Assembly: GCA_964508365.1 (NCBI GenBank)
Contig: CAZDTP010000048.1
Span: 1 to 32,448 of the forward strand
DNA: 32,448 nucleotides
Direction of reading: 5' to 3'
DNA from: an uncultured archaeon
GTDB lineage: Archaea; Asgardarchaeota; Lokiarchaeia; Sigyniarchaeales; SOKP01
The notes under the pieces are model-generated. The model was not told the DNA's origin and made no database searches. It saw nothing but the letters and a program-made list of their open reading frames with translations. Positions 27,961 through 32,448 of this stretch are shown piece by piece (position 1 is the stretch's first letter; the number at the start of each line of letters is the position of its first letter). The translations under genes and the position numbers were made by a program.

Positions 27961-30900
27961 ATGGGTTTTGGAAGCGAAATTGAAGACGATGAGGGATATT
28001 TAGGCGAACTGAAAGAAGAAGACGGAGAGGAAAAAGAAGATGATCTTAGTGATGATTCTGAATTAGGGGAAGAAAAAGATTTTGAAGACGATCGAATTAA
28101 TTGCGAGGAACCTGAAGATGATTTAGGTCAAGAATTATCAGAAGAAAAAGAAGAAGCTTTATGGGACGAGATCGATTGGAACGAAGATTTGCAAGGTGAG
28201 AGAGAAAAAACTATATGGGACGAGATCGATTGGAACGAAGATTTGTATGGCGAGCGAGAAAAAACTATATGGGACAAGATCGATTGGAACGAAGATTTGC
28301 ATGGCGAGCGAGAAAAAAATGTGATAGACAAAAATGACGATCAAAACGAGAAATACAATAAAGAAGATTATGTCGAAAATGTTGAATCGCAATCAATTTC
28401 AACAATTTTAGCTACTGAAATGGAAGAAATAGAAGATCAGATGGAACACCAGGAACATGAAGAAATCGAGATTCCCCCCGAAGAATATCAGGACGATACG
28501 GGACCAAATGTAAATGCCGACGAGATTGAATTCATAAAGGATGTTGAAAAAATGGCTGAATATGCCAGAGAAACAATAGGAGAAGACGAAAATGTTGAAC
28601 CGCAAGCTGAAAAAGAAAATGCGGCGTATTATGCCGAGCAATATTACAAAAAATTAAAGGAAAAAGAGGTAGAAAACGATCAAAATAGTAAAGAGGACCA
28701 AGAAATCGAAGAACATAAGCAAGAAGTAACAGAGGAATTTAAGAACATGGAGGATATAAATGAGACATCTAAGGAAAACATGAGTCCGGAAGAATTTGAA
28801 TATTTATGGAATGTTCGCGAAGAATTAGATCGAGAAGGAAAGTCCGATAAAGAGATAAAAGAAATAATGCACGAAGCGGAAGAGATGTACAAAACGCTTA
28901 AAGAAGCAGAAAAAGTATATGAAGAGCAACAACAAGAGAAATTAAACCTAGTTGATCACGAAGATGAAGCAAGCATAGAGGATCTAAAAGAAGATTTAGA
29001 TAGAGTAGATTTAATAGAGCAAGCTGTTGAATTGGAAGAGAGTTTGATTCAACAAGGGAAATTACAAGAAGAAATAGATGTGAAGGTAGAGAAAGCCATA
29101 GAAAGAACTGAATTTGAAGAAGAACTAGAAAAATTACATAAAGAGCAAGAACAGGAGAAATTGAAGCAGGAAAGTCTCGATCATGAAGAGAATATAGGCA
29201 ATCTAAAAGAAGATTTGGATAGAGTAGATTTAATAGAGCAAGTAGTTGAATTAGAAGAAAATTTAGCTCAACAAGGAAAATTACAAGAAGAAATAGATGT
29301 GAAGGTGGAAGAAGCCATAGAAATGGCTGAGTTTCGTGAGGAAATAGAAAAATTACATGAAAACCAAGAACAGGAGAAATTAAAACAAAATAATCACGAA
29401 GACGGAGAGAACTTTGAAGATTTAAAAGAAGAGATCGATCGACCAGCGGAAGCAGAGTATTATATGGAGAAAGCAGAGGAGTTGCATCGACAAGGAAAGT
29501 CCCAAGAAGAAATCAATGAGCAAATGGAAGAAGTAGTTAGCAATTATCAAAAGGAAATAAATAAAAAACAAGAAAAAGAAGAAGAACCGAATGTAAATGA
29601 AGAAATTGAAAAGCAAGATTTAGAGATTAATGAAAAAAATTCAAGTGCGGAAAACCGCTATAAAATTGAACAATCCTCTACCTTACACAATGAAAAGAAA
29701 GCAAAAAATTACGAAAATGTTGAGAATAAAGAAAAATTAGAAGTGTTAAAACTAGAATTAGATACTATCGAAAGCGAATCCGAAAATAAGAAAGAGTTGC
29801 TTGAAGAAGGTTCAAAGTTAACAAGTGAAGAAACTGACGAAGAGGAGAATGAACATCTTCAAGAATTATATCGCCAACAAACGGACAAGAGGCCGATATA
29901 TGCTAAAAAAAGAACAAAAGGCTATATCCAATGGTTAGAACAACGAGAACTAGATTTGGAAAAGATTAACAATTCTCAAAGCGAAAATGAATCAAAAAAA
30001 GAAATTGAAGAAGAAGATTGGGAAATAACCCTTAAAAAATGGATTAAAGAGGCTTCTGAGGATGAATGCAGCGCTGAACTTAAATCTGAGTTAAAAATAG
30101 CCCTTGAGAGATATAACGAGTTCGATTATTTGACTAGAAAGTTTATGGAATTATTTGAAAAGTCTCAATACGAAAAACTCTCTGAAAAAGAAAAGAATAG
30201 AATAAAATCTTTGACAGAAAAACTACAGAAGATCGATCCGATCCAATTAGAACTTTTAGCAAATATTCGTGCTATTAAAAAATACATCATCGAACAATAT
30301 GGGTGGGATTCTATGAACAGATTTCTTGATTATCGAGTGCGTAACAGGTTTTTTACGCATGTCTCGCAGAAATATGATCTATGGAGTTCAAATAAAGTTC
30401 GCATGGTCTCCCCCAGTTCTTTCACTAACGATGAATTGGAGTTTTATAAAAGAAAAAAAATTGATCTTTCTAAAATTAAGACTCGTTGGGCATGGGTTAA
30501 AAACAAACAAATAGCTGTGGAGTTTTACAAGGAAGTAATATTGCCAAAATTTGACAATGTACCTAAAGCTCATGACATGGATGGTTTAGGGTACAGAGGA
30601 TTTAGGTCATCTATTAAAAAATTAGGATTAGGGGTCAATGATCTAACTAAAGCTGCGGGTTTTAACCCATACCATGAAGAAAGGTATACTGGTATGAATT
30701 ACGATGAACTATTGAAATTTTTTAAGGAAAACGTGTATCCTGAAGTAAAAAATAAGCTAAAGTTGAAAATAGGTGAAGCACCCGGAGCAGGTTATTTAGA
30801 GAGGAAAGGATTAGGCTATAGAGGGTTTGTTGACAGAGTAAGAATAGTCTCAAAGTTGGAAGGGATAAAAAGGAATATCTGGGCTGAATTTGTAAAAAAA

Positions 30901-32037
30901 GTGGGTCTGGAACCTCTAAAGGATTTAAAATATCGAGGTATGGATTTCGTTGAGTTAATGGATTTATTTGTCAAAAAAATATATCCTAATTTAAAGGAGA
31001 AATACAATTTAGATCATAAACAAGCTCCTTTTAAAGAGCAAGTTGATAAGGAATATAACGGATTTCGCAAAGCGATAAGAAGATTAGGTTATAAACTTTC
31101 TGACTTATATATCGCACTTGATTTTAAACATAAATTTTGGCAGATATATCATAATAAATCATATAAAGAACTCCTTAACTTTTTTAAAGATATAATACAA
31201 CCATCATTACAGGATATTTATGACTTTTCTGAAACTGAGGCTCCTTCTTATGAGGAGGTTGAAATTAATTATCGTGGCTTTATTGAGGCTCTTAATCGTC
31301 ATGGAAAGAAGCTTTCGGATGTTATTAATAATTTAGGGTATATCCCCCGAAAATTTTCTAATATAGGAGTTATTACTCATGCATTAATGAATTCATTATT
31401 ATCTTATTATATAAACGATAAAAATTTCCTATCAAATTATTATTCTGAAGTAGAATTGTTTTCTTCTTCTAAGCACAGAATTGATGGTTTCATGTTTGTA
31501 ACTCCATCCCTTATTTCTTTTTTTAGAAAGCATATCACAAAACTATATCCTAAAATAAATAATAAAAAAGAGAGAGAGGAAATCTTATTATTATTAAGGA
31601 AAATAGAGGGGAAACAACATTTATTAATTGATTTTTCAAATGGATTTTTCAAGAGAAGCAAAATAAATTCAGAAATTATTGCAATTAAGGCAAAGAAATA
31701 TCTTGATTATCCCAGCTCGTTTTTAATTTTGATTGGAACAAATTGGAGCAATGTGGAATTAAGTAAAAGATTACCCACCTCGATAAAATATAAGGACTCT
31801 TATTATACTACAAAAGATGTAGCTTTAATAAGTCCAGAATTATTTGGAATTCTATTAGGAATAAATAGTCCCTATAAAGATTATTTAAATAATATTATCT
31901 TATACAATAAAAATGAAGATATAGATAAGTTACAAGATATAAATAAATCACTAGAGAGAATAAAAAATCTTAATTATTTTAGCACAGAAGAATTTAATAA
32001 AATAAAGCAAAATAATACACTGATTAGGTGGCTTTGA
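27961..32037 (+). CDS. Giant acidic repeat protein with C-terminal helical repeats and a putative PD-(D/E)xK-like nuclease
   Basis: 1358 aa. The N-terminal half is Glu/Asp-rich with 18-aa and 73-aa repeats. Four ~65-80-aa P..GYRGF..G repeats follow, then SEVEL...HRIDGF...LLIDFS. Confidence 0.75.
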   Translation: MGFGSEIEDDEGYLGELKEEDGEEKEDDLSDDSELGEEKDFEDDRINCEEPEDDLGQELSEEKEEALWDEIDWNEDLQGEREKTIWDEIDWNEDLYGEREKTIWDKIDWNEDLHGEREKNVIDKNDDQNEKYNKEDYVENVESQSISTILATEMEEIEDQMEHQEHEEIEIPPEEYQDDTGPNVNADEIEFIKDVEKMAEYARETIGEDENVEPQAEKENAAYYAEQYYKKLKEKEVENDQNSKEDQEIEEHKQEVTEEFKNMEDINETSKENMSPEEFEYLWNVREELDREGKSDKEIKEIMHEAEEMYKTLKEAEKVYEEQQQEKLNLVDHEDEASIEDLKEDLDRVDLIEQAVELEESLIQQGKLQEEIDVKVEKAIERTEFEEELEKLHKEQEQEKLKQESLDHEENIGNLKEDLDRVDLIEQVVELEENLAQQGKLQEEIDVKVEEAIEMAEFREEIEKLHENQEQEKLKQNNHEDGENFEDLKEEIDRPAEAEYYMEKAEELHRQGKSQEEINEQMEEVVSNYQKEINKKQEKEEEPNVNEEIEKQDLEINEKNSSAENRYKIEQSSTLHNEKKAKNYENVENKEKLEVLKLELDTIESESENKKELLEEGSKLTSEETDEEENEHLQELYRQQTDKRPIYAKKRTKGYIQWLEQRELDLEKINNSQSENESKKEIEEEDWEITLKKWIKEASEDECSAELKSELKIALERYNEFDYLTRKFMELFEKSQYEKLSEKEKNRIKSLTEKLQKIDPIQLELLANIRAIKKYIIEQYGWDSMNRFLDYRVRNRFFTHVSQKYDLWSSNKVRMVSPSSFTNDELEFYKRKKIDLSKIKTRWAWVKNKQIAVEFYKEVILPKFDNVPKAHDMDGLGYRGFRSSIKKLGLGVNDLTKAAGFNPYHEERYTGMNYDELLKFFKENVYPEVKNKLKLKIGEAPGAGYLERKGLGYRGFVDRVRIVSKLEGIKRNIWAEFVKKVGLEPLKDLKYRGMDFVELMDLFVKKIYPNLKEKYNLDHKQAPFKEQVDKEYNGFRKAIRRLGYKLSDLYIALDFKHKFWQIYHNKSYKELLNFFKDIIQPSLQDIYDFSETEAPSYEEVEINYRGFIEALNRHGKKLSDVINNLGYIPRKFSNIGVITHALMNSLLSYYINDKNFLSNYYSEVELFSSSKHRIDGFMFVTPSLISFFRKHITKLYPKINNKKEREEILLLLRKIEGKQHLLIDFSNGFFKRSKINSEIIAIKAKKYLDYPSSFLILIGTNWSNVELSKRLPTSIKYKDSYYTTKDVALISPELFGILLGINSPYKDYLNNIILYNKNEDIDKLQDINKSLERIKNLNYFSTEEFNKIKQNNTLIRWL
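28162..28323 (+). repeat. Intragenic tandem repeat, 3 x 54 bp
   Basis: Units start at 28162, 28216 and 28270 and encode WD(E/K)IDWNEDL(Q/Y/H)GEREK(TI/NV). Confidence 0.95.
28981..29550 (+). repeat. Intragenic tandem repeat with a 219-bp (73-aa) period
   Basis: Units start at 28981, 29200 and 29419 (DLKEDLDRVDLIEQ...QGKLQEEID). The first two are highly similar and the third is degenerate. Confidence 0.9.
30484..31350 (+). repeat. Four degenerate protein-level repeats (HEAR-like)
   Basis: Pattern Y..M.Y.EL..FFK..I.P......AP......(GL)GYRGF...L...G...D....GF/Y recurs at about 30484, 30682, 30928 and 31144. Confidence 0.8.
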
Positions 32038-32448
32038 GACTTACTAGCTTTTCAAGTAGGAAAAGTGCTCCTTTTTTATCAAGGGGTTCATTTCGATTTC
32101 CACAACGACTAGACATAATACACGCAGGACAGCCATTTTCAGTTTTACAGCTACAAGTTTCAATTAATTTCAAAGCCAAATGGAGTAAATCTATTAAATG
32201 AAGATACAATTGTTCAGAGATACCTATACCTCCTCTATATGCATCGTAAACATAAATAACGGGTTGCTGCTTAACGGGGTCAAAATCTATAGAAACACCT
32301 CCTAAATCCCACCGCGAGATTTGAGCTAGTGCTGGAGCCATTGCGATCATAGCGTGTTCAACAGCGTGAATGGTCCCCCCTAGATTGAATCCTTTCAATT
32401 CTAGCTCTTTTTGGTATTCAAACGGAATTCCAAACCAAACAGCTTGAG
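32024..32448 (-). CDS. C-terminal DUF1998 part of a DEAD/DEAH-box helicase (Hrq1/YprA/MrfA type), partial
   Basis: GGTIHAVEHAMI, VYDAYRGGIGISEQL and CSCKTENGCPAC...C. The frame stays open to the window edge (QAVWFGIPFEYQKELEL), so the gene starts outside the window. Confidence 0.9.
   Translation of the reverse strand, partial: QAVWFGIPFEYQKELELKGFNLGGTIHAVEHAMIAMAPALAQISRWDLGGVSIDFDPVKQQPVIYVYDAYRGGIGISEQLYLHLIDLLHLALKLIETCSCKTENGCPACIMSSRCGNRNEPLDKKGALFLLEKLVSLKAT

Noticed and set aside
28162-28323. Possible CRISPR array
   Set aside because: The units are contiguous 54-bp in-frame coding repeats with no unique spacers, and there are no cas genes.
14150-32037. A defined provirus or integrative element
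   Set aside because: No integrase, capsid, terminase, tRNA target or att direct repeat was found in the window, so mobility remains an inference.
32024-32398. Stand-alone DUF1998 (DISARM DrmB)
   Set aside because: The frame continues past the window edge with helicase-type sequence, and no DISARM methylase or DrmA genes are seen.

Overview
AT-rich (about 30% GC by eye) archaeal window, most likely Asgard/Lokiarchaeia. The taxonomy is inferred from TFB, Orc1/Cdc6, a tungsten-type AOR, GGTGA-type Shine-Dalgarno sites and Loki-style LRR proteins. It is largely accessory DNA. The left part has a 5'-truncated thioredoxin duplicate, a GRAM/PH-like + winged-helix protein, an intact thioredoxin, an AOR whose true start seems non-ATG, and HNH, YkgJ and NYN genes. 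Two large LRR genes (one fused to a SWIM finger) are bracketed by a 48-bp direct repeat. In the middle, two paralogous YhaM-like OB-fold genes flank a Mini-III-like RNase III and a Cdc6, followed by a nucleotidyltransferase, a UDG-fold protein and a frameshifted gene. The best candidate for an undescribed system is on the right: a co-oriented cluster of a divergent TFB, an M50-like membrane metallopeptidase, a HerA/VirB4-like ATPase and a 1358-aa acidic, internally repeated protein ending in HEAR-like repeats and a probable PD-(D/E)xK nuclease. It abuts the 3' end of a DUF1998 (Hrq1/YprA-type) helicase. I found no tRNA, rRNA, CRISPR array, integrase or intact transposase. All family calls come from motif recognition by eye, not database searches.
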